64,000 nt of DNA from Marsupella aquatica (Eukaryota; Plantae; Marchantiophyta), in NCBI GenBank assembly GCA_973895155.1, contig OZ316893.1:6472963-6536962 (forward strand), written 5' to 3'. The notes under the pieces are model-generated. The model saw only the letters and a list, made by a program, of their open reading frames with translations, searched no databases and was not told the origin of the DNA. Shown here one piece after another: positions 27,501 to 37,230 of this stretch. A program made the translations under genes and the position numbers. Within the stretch, counting starts at the first letter, position 1; each line of letters begins with the position of its first letter.

Positions 27501-27677
27501 TTCTATTTCATTTCGTTGGATGAGGGTAACTCGCTCTACTACATTTCCCGGTGTTGGGTAATCTGGGGATTGGAATTCGGGCAATAGTCCCCTAGGATTA
27601 AGGGGAGTTGGTGGTGCTTCTGATCTTGCTTTTTCTTCTTGTCTTAATCTCCAACTTCGCTTCCCTTTATCAGACAT
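21549..27677 (-). pseudogene. gag-pol: gag-pol polyprotein (single frame, 2,043 codons) interrupted by three in-frame TGA codons
   Basis: ORFs 26991-27677, 24468-26792, 23781-24437 and 21549-23777 are in one frame. Three CCHC knuckles (CTRC, CYNC, CGNC); protease VDGGSSVNIM; RT (DGYSGYN, MPFGL, FIDD); RNase H (YIDAS, TDH); integrase HHCC, WGIDF/SDRG/TERAN and GPY. Confidence 0.95.
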
Positions 27678-28115
27678 TCCTCATCCTGAAAGTCGGCAAT
27701 CTTCAGGAGCGAGTTAATGGTTTGGGACTGACTCTGGTTTCCTTTGGGAGTCTAAGTTTGCATGGAGGGGTCGCGTTCTTCCATTGTTCCTCCCGCTGGC
27801 ACCCTTTCGCACCGTCGTGGCCCTTGATGGCGCCTCTTCTCGTAACCCTCAGGGGGTGTACGCCCCAACAGTCGCAGCGAGTGGTCAAGTGTTGAAGTGG
27901 CGCGCCTGTTCATCGCGGCCCTTCAACTCGTAAGTCGTCAACTCGCAACTCGTAAGTCGTCAACTATTATACCCTTACTCGAGTATGTTTACTCGTAAAA
28001 CTTCAACTCTAAAAAAAACGTAAAGGCTTACTCGTAATGCCGTCCCTTCAGTTCTCGGCAGCGCCCATTTTTAGGAGAGTAGGTGTACTTAACAAATTTC
28101 TTGACCTAACTAATG

Positions 28116-28367
28116 TTATCTGTGTCTCCTAGTTTGCCTTTGAAGCAAGGATCTAGCTAATTCTTGTATAGAAATGATAACATACTCCTCTCCTGTAATT
28201 CTACCATTTAACTTTAAAATAACCAGATGCAAAATGCCTCCTTCCCACCAGGTAATAGATAACCAATGAACACCCCTTCGTCCTCTTAGGGACAGTACCC
28301 ATGTTTGAACATACCGATTATGCAAATTTCTTACTCTCAAAGTGCCTAAAGACCTGATTGGAGGCAT
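28116..28367 (-). CDS. Possible small (83-aa) ORF between the upstream accessory ORF and gag
   Basis: Open frame MPPIRSLG...QTRRHR in the element's sense orientation; no recognisable motif. Confidence 0.3.
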   Translation of the reverse strand: MPPIRSLGTLRVRNLHNRYVQTWVLSLRGRRGVHWLSITWWEGGILHLVILKLNGRITGEEYVIISIQELARSLLQRQTRRHR

Positions 28368-28449
28368 TTCAATTATTTCACCAAATTGCTTATTCAAAGT
28401 TGAAATCAAGATTGTAATTTGGGGAAATCCGCTCCTCTGTTGTCCTCTT

Positions 28450-29505
28450 TTATGCTGAGGTCCGGTAGTTGTTTAACAAATTTTCTAGAGTGTCCAGGGC
28501 ATCAACCCAAGGGTGTTCAACAAGGTGTAATTTTTCCAACACCTCCTTAATTCTTAGTTCTTCTTCTTCAGTAACCCTGTTACTAATTTGCCCCTTCTTG
28601 CTTATTAAAAATTCTAAATCATGTTCTTCCTTAATGGGCTGCAACTTGTATTCCTCATCATCAATCCAAACTCTCTTAAAAACCATTACATCAGTTAATT
28701 CAAAGCAGTGAGGGAGTGGGATGGTCCACTTAAAGGATGTCCTTTGGGTAGTTGCCTCCTTCCATTTCAATGGAACCCATCCACTTCCGGCATGCCATTT
28801 ACAAGTGTCAACCAACTCTCTTCTATTGGAGGTCATAACTGGTCTTTCCTCCCTAAGTATTAAATTGGGATTATTCTGGTAAAACTCTGTTAAAACATAA
28901 TCAAGTTGGTTTCTCCACAATGGATTCCCTTTTAACTTATCCAACGTTTCCCTTAATTGATGTTCAAGTTCCTCCTCCAATACTTCCTCCTTAATGTCAT
29001 GTTCTTTTAGTAAGGGGGGAATAAAATTGGCATCAAATTCCTCATCTTGAGTGGCTTCAATCAATTCCAGTCTTCCATCTAGGGCTCTTCTGAAAACAAA
29101 TACACAATCATACAAAATATTGGTGTCCCAGGAGTCAACCTTCACCAATTCGCCACCCCAAAAGTAGCTTCCTCCTCTGATGTTGGACACCTGCCTTCTC
29201 AAAATAGTTGTTCTCTCTCTTGCAGTGGCACTGATAATCGTGTGTGTTTGATTATCCCTTGACCTAATCAAGGCTCTTTCTCTTTTCTGAGGTCTGCTTT
29301 TCCTCACCATCTCTTTCTTGGGAAGGATATTCCCCCACTAAGCCCCATTTCGTCTTTCCTTCTTGGCTTTAGCTTTTCTCTTTCTTTCCAAAATTGAGGG
29401 AGGAGTTTCACCTCCAAATCTCTCCCTAAATGCCTCTGGTGCATTTTCCATTGTGAAAGATCGAATTTGTAATGGAGGGAACTCCCACTCTCCTTGGGGT
29501 TCCAT
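28450..29505 (-). pseudogene. Accessory ORF upstream of gag (286 aa open; 351 codons with one in-frame TAG)
   Basis: The 286-aa ORF 28450-29310 extends in frame through TAG (29338-29340) to an ATG at 29505 (MEPQGEWEFPP...KRKAKAKKERR). It shows an internal two-fold repeat. Confidence 0.65.
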
Positions 29506-29600
29506 GGTCAACTTCCACCTTTCTTTTGTTTATTCCAGATTCACTGAATTAACCTCCTTTTGGCATTCACTGCCTGTACTTCAAACCATCCTTGATTTGT

Positions 29601-29618
29601 TCCCCGGCAGCGGCGCCA
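29601..29618 (-). promoter_or_regulatory. Primer binding site complementary to the tRNA-Asp 3' end
   Basis: Minus strand TGGCGCCGCTGCCGGGGA. It differs by one base from the plant tRNA-Asp(GUC) end TCCCCGGCAACGGCGCCA as I recall it. It lies 9 nt after the 5' LTR. Confidence 0.85.
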
Positions 29619-29627
29619 AAAATCTCA

Positions 29628-32600
29628 TGTAGTTTGCCATAGAGAACCAAAAATCACATTTTAAAGTCTCCAAACTCGGTATTCGTTCCCTTTAAGAACA
29701 AGATGGGGTTGGTTTGATGTAATAAACTAAAAACAAAGTTTTAAGCTCTTGTGTCACACATAGTAATCAATCTTGACTACTTTAATCAGGTACTTTGAAG
29801 ATCGCTCCACAGCGGTGAGTAGTTTTTGATGATAACTCAACATCAGATAACCTTCAATTAAGCAAAAGATTGCAATTAACAAAACACAAGGAAAAATCTC
29901 TCAGAGTATGCTTAAGGGAGTCTGGAATAGACCAAGGTTACTCCTTAGACATAAGTAATAATGGAATGACTTAAAAGGAAATCCAAATCCACACGGCTTT
30001 TCAGATCTAAACTGCATACTAGAGTATCCTTTTAAAATGCCGGCAACATGTCTTGACCTTTCTTCCTAAGTGATACTTAGTCAAGATCTAAAAGGATAAA
30101 TACTTCAGCATTTAGATGGTACTAAGCAACATGAAGGTGAAAACATCATTTCCAATGTAACTTAAACTCAATGAGTTAACTCTAAAAACTTGTGAGATTA
30201 CAATGTGTCACCAAAGCGGAATCTGACATTATAATTCACGAGATTCATAACTGAGGTTTTACTTCAAGTATTTGGGTTCCAAAATACAAGAAGGAGGTAA
30301 GTCTCTCCAAATGTTAAACCTGATCTCGAACTCATAGATTCATGATCAACTAGTTTAACACAAGGGAGAGGCAAAACTGCAAAACTTAACCATCTCTCTA
30401 CACTAGGGGAAGAGGTATAAATAGTGATGAACTACAGAATAAGAGGTCACAGGGTCGAAGAGACATGCCTCTTCATACCCCTCAAAATTTTAAAATGGCG
30501 ATTCAGTAAGTGAAAAGCCGGAAAAAATGGCTAAGTATGAACTCTTAAACTCTTAAAAACTTAAACTCTTAAAAACGTAAAAACTTAAACTCTTAAACTC
30601 TTAATTTCAGTATACTAAAAATTGAGTAGATTCAACTATTTTTAACTTTCTACTCCTGGTTCAGAAAACTCTGAAATTTTTCCAGCAGGGTTTCCTAGGT
30701 ACAGACTACAGCCTAAAGAAGTATGACAGCTTCTAAAGCTCTAGAACACATTTCTAAAAATCAGATAAGATGCACTACTCTAAAAACTAACTAAGAACAC
30801 TTAGAGACTTCTTCAAGCTTGCTGTCGGATGTCCTCTGGTTCTAGTAACTCCACAAGGGTAACAATTCGGTTCTGGGTAACCTCTATCAGCTTAGCTTGG
30901 CGTGGGGATCCTCTAGAGTAGGGTAGGCACCTCAGTTGTCTCTCAGGATACATCAAAGGCATTCGCTTCATCAAATAACAGGAATCTATACGAAGAGCTT
31001 CTCTGTATATCCCTAGTACATCATAGTTGTTGCAGGTGGCAGCATATACTTGGGGATAGTGATGCAGAAACTCATCACTATTCATCATCCTGGAATAGAA
31101 GGGTCGAAGTCTCCATCTGACATCCTTAAAATATCGGTTGAAATGAGCCAGGGTCTGAGTAGTGACATTATTCCAGATCCTCTGTTTCTCAGCTAGGGAA
31201 CTGGTGGAAACAAGGACAACCTTCGGCTCTCGTGGGATGTAAGAGTTCTGGTGAGAAGTGGATTTCTTACTCTGCATGAGAAAAGAAATCACAAAGTCCA
31301 GAGCGTAAGCTGCAAAATTCCCGAAATAGGCCAAAACCAAATCTGGATCTTCTACTTCTACATCCCCTTGAAGTAGCATCATAGCAAGGATGGGTCGGAA
31401 GTAGATTGAGTCAGCCCAGAACTCATCAAATTGAGCCATCTCCACTCTTGAAGTTCCGAAACTTCTGAGGTCAAATATGTAACTGGCCTCAGTCTTCTTA
31501 AGGTAGTAGTATCTCCAAAACTCTCCAATTGGGGGTCTGTTGGCCTGCATTATCTTACAAGTCTCCACGTACCTCTGCACTTGAGACTCTGGATGTCGTG
31601 TATATCTTTTCTCAATGACAGAATACCGGGGTGTTTGAGTAGAGGAGGTGACAACTGCCACTAAATTTGGATCAGATCTTAAGGTAGTGTCAACATCCTC
31701 AAATCCTTGCCTTGGTGACGACTCGACAGAGTTGTCATAAGATCGGATGGAATCAAAATCAGAGGGTGGATCAGAATCTTCAGGAAGATCCTGTCTAACA
31801 GAAGGATGTTCATACTGTGGTTGGGTATAAATAGGTCCCTCGGTTGGCTCATAATTGGAATCTGGACTATAAATGCAGTCACCCGGGTTGGAAGGGCCTT
31901 TGAATTCTGTGTACTTCGGAATTAAGTCACTAACCACAGAGATTATCTCCTCAGGTTCACACTGAAGCAATTCCAGTAGGTCAGTTACAATTGCAACACA
32001 ACTTGTGTTTCCTATCCTTGAGACAGGTTCACTTGGCTCTGGAGGTAGATTCTGTGGGACAGTAGGAGTGAGAGCAACAAATTCTTCTGGTGCTGACCTC
32101 TCAATGGGAGAAGCGGTCCTGACAGGGGTTAGCTGATCTGGAAATGGAGAGGATAAGCTAACTACCTCGGATCTCAAATCACAGACAACATCGTAGAGTT
32201 CAACATCACTGCAACCGAAGAGAGAGATTAACTTATCAATAAGCTGCTGATTTGACTCTGCTTTCGAAAAAGGGGGCATGGTGACTCCTCGTATGGCAGT
32301 AATAGTTGGTTCAACAACGACTTCTTGTTGCTCAGGAAAAATCTCGTCTCCTTCAGCTTCAAGTTGATCTGCTCCACTGATTTCTCTTGGAGAGTATAAA
32401 ATGACCTCCATGTTGTGTTCAGGGGGAAATTCCGAACCATCTATCGAGACATCCTCCATATTAACATCCTGATCAGTGGAATTCAGCAGAATGTCCTGTT
32501 CTGATTCTGCTACACTAATTTCTTCCTCAATGTCCAACTCGATCAGAAGTAATCCCCTTTCTGTTTTCTCCTCCGGATGTAAACAGTCATGTGCTTGATA

Positions 32601-33697
32601 CAGCTGAGATAGATAGACTTGTAGACAAGTAGGTCTGCCTGCCTTCATACTTCTCACCTGATCGTGCATCACATTGAAAAGTAACAACGCCCAATTTACT
32701 TGAATAGCTCCACTGTGAGAAGCTACGATAGTATTCGCCAATGCCACAGGGCAGATAGTTGGTCTCTTCGGATGGAGAATGGGCACTAGAAATTCTAAAA
32801 GAATCCTCAAATCCGGATAGGTACATTGTGTCACATTCCAGCCATTGGTAGGATGGCGAATCCCTGAAAAGTAAGGAGTGGACAAATCTTTTTTCTTTGA
32901 ATATAATCCTTCTCCATCTAAGGGGCAGCGGAAGGCATGAGCTACTTGCTCAACTGTCCATAAACTTGGCCGAGCTCGAATGGTTTGTCGAAATTCAGGG
33001 GCAATCAGTGATCCTCTCACAAAATCCTGTAAATAAGAGTCGAGCTCCACATTCCAAGGGATTGCGAGTAGATGTTCCAATCCGAGCTGCTGTAACGATG
33101 TTCTCAAATTTTCACAACTGTCGGGCGCCAAAGGAATTCGAGTGACCACACTCTTAGGAATTGCCAGAGTTTGAACACGATACTGTGCATCAGCGTTCAA
33201 GTCAGCCATAGCTCAAATTCTGCTCACTGAGCTACGCGAAGAATTGTTTGGAGTCGAGAGCGATGAAAGATGCAGCGGAAGAGAAGTCAGGAGTGAGCGC
33301 CTATGTTCTGGATTCCTCCCCCTTCAAGGCCTGCTCCTCGTTTTGTTGCAAAGTCCCGTTGGAGTTAGCCGTAGCCTGTCACAATCGCGGGGCTCGCCAG
33401 TTCGCAAGTCGCAACTCTTAAAGTCGTAAAGTCTTAAAGTAGGGTTTACTCGTAAACCCTTAAACTCTTAAACTATTAAACACTTCAACTCTTCAACTCT
33501 TAAACTCTTAAACTATTAAAGTAGGGTTTACTCGTAAACCCGTAAACTCTTAAACACTTTAACTCTTCAACTCTTAAACTCTTAATCTTCGGCAGAGTTT
33601 AGTTTACTCGAGTTATCAGCAAATATAGTTTAACTACTTCAAAAATTTAAAAATTTTCCGGTTTTCTTCATGACTTTGGAATTACTGCCTATCTACA
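29628..33697 (-). repeat. 5' LTR (4,070 bp)
   Basis: Copy of 17450-21519; followed on the minus strand by the PBS. Confidence 0.97.
30813..33209 (-). CDS. 798-aa LTR-encoded accessory protein (5' LTR copy)
   Basis: Same as 18635-21031 except VVARIP/VVTRIP and SEAVSL/SEVVSL. Confidence 0.85.
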   Translation of the reverse strand: MADLNADAQYRVQTLAIPKSVVTRIPLAPDSCENLRTSLQQLGLEHLLAIPWNVELDSYLQDFVRGSLIAPEFRQTIRARPSLWTVEQVAHAFRCPLDGEGLYSKKKDLSTPYFSGIRHPTNGWNVTQCTYPDLRILLEFLVPILHPKRPTICPVALANTIVASHSGAIQVNWALLLFNVMHDQVRSMKAGRPTCLQVYLSQLYQAHDCLHPEEKTERGLLLIELDIEEEISVAESEQDILLNSTDQDVNMEDVSIDGSEFPPEHNMEVILYSPREISGADQLEAEGDEIFPEQQEVVVEPTITAIRGVTMPPFSKAESNQQLIDKLISLFGCSDVELYDVVCDLRSEVVSLSSPFPDQLTPVRTASPIERSAPEEFVALTPTVPQNLPPEPSEPVSRIGNTSCVAIVTDLLELLQCEPEEIISVVSDLIPKYTEFKGPSNPGDCIYSPDSNYEPTEGPIYTQPQYEHPSVRQDLPEDSDPPSDFDSIRSYDNSVESSPRQGFEDVDTTLRSDPNLVAVVTSSTQTPRYSVIEKRYTRHPESQVQRYVETCKIMQANRPPIGEFWRYYYLKKTEASYIFDLRSFGTSRVEMAQFDEFWADSIYFRPILAMMLLQGDVEVEDPDLVLAYFGNFAAYALDFVISFLMQSKKSTSHQNSYIPREPKVVLVSTSSLAEKQRIWNNVTTQTLAHFNRYFKDVRWRLRPFYSRMMNSDEFLHHYPQVYAATCNNYDVLGIYREALRIDSCYLMKRMPLMYPERQLRCLPYSRGSPRQAKLIEVTQNRIVTLVELLEPEDIRQQA

Positions 33698-35213
33698 CCT
33701 GCTCGATCGTAGGACTAACAGGTGGTAGAGGCTTCTCAGCCAACGGCCTCGGCGTTGGAGCTTCCTCGGGTGCCCTTACCTGCAGGGGAAGTACCGGGGC
33801 AAAAGTCTGACCTCTGGCATACCGGCACAACTGCGGCATGTGATAGCCCAGCCGCGACACGCTCCCCATGCCGATTACCTGCTGCTCCTCCTTTAAGATC
33901 TTCTTCAATTGGTTGAGGAGGTACCCGTTGTAGTCCCGACTTGGGTCTGGCCTTTCTGCCAGATAGACCTGTGCCTTGTCGATCTCTGCCCTCGGCAAGT
34001 TACAATGCATGGTCACCCGCAAGAAGTCGATCATCTCTCCTATGTGCGGGTTGGTGCAGGTGTTCCGGAAGAAGCCATTCTTCGTTGATGGCCCGGGGAA
34101 CGACCGGAACTCCTTGTCAGGCAAGGTCTTCCTGGTATCAACTTTGGTCTTATTGCCTATCGGCAGGCCAAACACTTCGGCAATTACCTTGGGAGTAAGA
34201 TAGAAATGCTTCCCATATATCCTCGTGCAATTGGTCTCGGGTTCCCATGACCCCACGAATTCTAATAGGTCTGACTCCGGTACCTCCGGCTTCAGCCATG
34301 GTAATCTTACAAAGGCCTCCAAGCCGGATCCGGCCATGAAGCCTTGGTACTTCTTGGTCTGCATGGCCGTAAAGCATGCATCCTCCTCCCGTGCAAAATG
34401 TAGTTGCACCTCCACCGGTAGGGTTGCCGCCCAGCCCTTCCAGGTGTCATCCCTGGTTGGAATGGCCTTGATGGGATCGACCTCCTCCTCTTCGGCTTCT
34501 CCCTGCCTCCTGCTCTGCTGCTCGGCTGGCTTCTTTGGTGCCGCCAACCTTGTTCTTTTTGCCGGGGTGGCTTCATCGTTGATGGCTCCCTTCCTCTTCA
34601 TCTCTGCTGCCGTGGAGGTTTCTCCTAGCACCGTTGCCTGGGTCCACCTTTCCGTGCTACCCTTTAATTCCCAGTGTATGTCGTTGCAGTTCTTGATGGC
34701 CTCTCGGATGCCGACGACGCTGTCTTTGCAAAACAGAAGATCGTCGAGTTGATTGGAAGTAGGCGTCCACAGGAACTCGTCCTTGATGAGTTCGCCTCCT
34801 AAGAAAGCCGTCTTCTGCAGCTCCCACAATCGAGCGAGCTCCTACCGTTCTCGAGCTGCCCTTTCTGATTCCTCGTCCTCGTAAGTCTTGATGTACTCAG
34901 TTGCCCGTTCGAACAGGCATCCCCAGAAATGTGCCGCTTGATTGACGTTGCTCATACCCTCCTTAGGTCGATTGTCGGTATCTACTCTCTCCCCGAGTGC
35001 TTGCCTAAGCAGCTGACAGTAGTTGGCCTCCCGTAGTCGTCTGCCTAGTTCGTGCTCGCAAATGAGCCACCATCTCCTGCAAGCGCTCCTTACCCCTCTC
35101 CTCTGCCGGTCCTTCTTCCCGTTGATCCTTCCTAGCCGCCGACGCTTAACGCGCCCTAACCCTAATCGGGTTTTCACCCTCAGCCTTACCTCCGGCCTCG
35201 GCCCGGGTTCCAT
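33698..35213 (-). pseudogene. N-terminal part of the split large TE-associated ORF (Transposase_32/PMD-like domain)
   Basis: ORFs 34842-35213 and 33693-34829 are in one frame, separated by one TAG (34842-34844). Motifs GLEAFVRLPW, LLEFVGSW and IYGKHFYLTPKVIAEVFGLP. Confidence 0.75.
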
Positions 35214-36299
35214 GGTTGCCCCTAATTGTTTATATTTTCCTTGTTTTGTCCCTATACTAAGGTGTTCCTAGGGTGCCTTCCTGCTTTACCCACTTAACCG
35301 GCCGAGTGATTCCTGTCTAGGCATCACAATCCCCAACCAAGACCCTATCCCACATGTCTTGGTGTGCCACCAACTGGCAACGCCCATAACTTCCTAGTTA
35401 GGCGTCCGCAAGCGGAGGCCATAGCCCGTTGTGATCGGGACAATCCAGTGCTCATGCCTAGGCCCTCAGATCTCATCACCGCCCGATCGGCCAAACCCAG
35501 ATCGGGCCATAACTCGCACCCCAAGCCGTTGCCCATGGCGTCAACTCCATTGGTCTTGGGCCCAAGAGGAGCTCTCACTCAAGCCCTCGGAACTCAAAGT
35601 CCGTCCGTGGGTCCGGACAGTCGACCTCGAGCCCGGCCCTTTTCCCCTTGACCCGACCAGCTCTCAGCTAGTCTAAGTCCTTAGTGTGTGTCACCAGCTT
35701 GGCGCCTTGCCCTCGCTAGTGCCACGTCTCATTGCCCACAAGTCTCCCCATGCTAAGTCCTCCGCGGATGGCCTATCCGGGCTTGGACCATAAGGAAACT
35801 CAGCGTCGGAGTCAGCGACGCCGGAGCTAAGTGTTAAGGTAGTCGAGGTCCGCGACTAGGTTAAGGATTACTTTGGTCTTTGCATTTTTCATGTTTTTTA
35901 TTCCTTTAAACCACTCCCCCCTCCCCTTTCCCTCTTTATGTTCACCTTCCTTGCTTTGTCTCATCCCCTATCTTGTACTTATGGGAGCCCGGTTTGAACT
36001 CTGACAGACTGTGTGACGGGGTCCCCGTCACTCGAAATCACGAATAATGGGTTGCTGAGGGGTGTGCCTTGTTAAAAGCCACTGTAAATAAGCTGTTTTT
36101 TTAATTTTTAGTTAATTCCGCCATTATAGGTTGATGATGCCCCAGGTGACTTTATGTTCTTTCTCTCGTAACAGTTCTAAGATTTGCGGCGACCTAAGCG
36201 GGCAAATATTTTGGGACCTTAAGAAGCGCTAGGGCCAACCCCATAGGACTTACCGTTTTGCTTGAGCTATCGTTGAGACCCCCTTGTAAAAAGAGGAAT

Positions 36300-37230
36300 A
36301 AAAGGGAGCCTAAGGGGGGGAATTAAAATCCCCCGTTTGAGGGGCTGCCGCGAGTGGTAGGCTTGGCCGGGGCGCTTAGGTGAGCCCGCGAGCACGTCAG
36401 CAGCCGAGGCAAGGAAACAGTCGGGCAAGCCCCTGCATAGGGAGGCGAGCCCTCCATTAAGTCGTAGGGTGTTGGGAGGGCAGGAAGGCGCAGGTGGTGA
36501 GCCCTTCTCAAGGGCGTTGCCTGATGGGGCGAGCCTCCATAGGGAGGCGAGCCGGTGATCGAGCCCGCGAGTGGGCGGCCAGGGTGAGCAGCTGGGGCGC
36601 AAAGGATGGGCGCGGGGAGAAAATGGGAGCCTAAGGGGGGATTTTAAACCCCCATAAGGATGCCGGGATGAGCTGCATAGGGCAGCCGCAGGGCAAGCCG
36701 GTGAGGCCGCGAGCCCTGCATAGGGCCGCGTGCAGGAGACGGTGGGGGGAATTTAAATTTCCCCGGCCATGGGGCGTGAGTGGGAGCTGTCGGGGAGAGT
36801 CGGGGCGCAGTGCTGCTCGGGCGAGTGCTGCCAGGGCGCAAGGTGCAGGCGCAAAGCAGCCGAGGCCTGGGAGGAAAGCTGCCAGGGCAGGGAAAATGCA
36901 CCCTGCATAGGGCTGCATGTTGAGGTTGGGGGGGATTAAATCCCCCGGCCTTGGAGGATCCGAGTAAGAGGGCCGCGCGTAGGAAGGAGCCGGCAGGTGG
37001 AGGGAGGCTTCGGGAGACTTCGGGAGGCAGGTAGGAGGTAGTGGACGGGGCAAATTAAGGCCCGACTTCCAGGAGACAGGTAGGCGCACGTAAAGGGGGG
37101 TAAATACTCCCTGATCCTCGGGCAAGTAGGACCAGACGGGGAAGGGGCAATATGAGGCACCTGGCACCCCGAAGCACACATAAAAAGGGGCTTACGCCCT
37201 TAAGGAAACCACGCCCCTTTTTCTTTCCCT
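36300..37230. repeat. GC-rich island with recurrent G-run/AT-spacer/C-run hairpin motifs
   Basis: G6-7/(A,T)6-11/C4-5 motifs at 36314, 36635, 36744, 36928 and (imperfect) 37095; CCCTGCATAGGG at 36431, 36714 and 36901. Confidence 0.75.

Larger units (their letters stand above)
17450..33697 (-). mobile_element. Full-length Ty3/Gypsy LTR retrotransposon (non-chromovirus, Athila/Phygy-like), 16,248 bp
   Basis: Two 4,070-bp direct repeats with TGTAG...CTACA ends. 5-bp TSD CCTGC (17445-17449, 33698-33702). PBS and PPT present. Domain order gag-PR-RT-RH-INT; no chromodomain. Confidence 0.97.

Noticed and set aside
21549-27677. Selenocysteine, alternative genetic code or U-to-C editing as the explanation for the in-frame TGAs
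   Set aside because: Neighbouring TE ORFs carry TAG/TGA at likely CAG/CGA sites, consistent with ordinary methyl-cytosine decay; TGA also terminates ORFs normally here.
17450-33697. 4-kb direct repeats as a segmental duplication or assembly artefact
   Set aside because: TG/CA ends, TSD, PBS, PPT and a few transition differences identify them as true LTRs.
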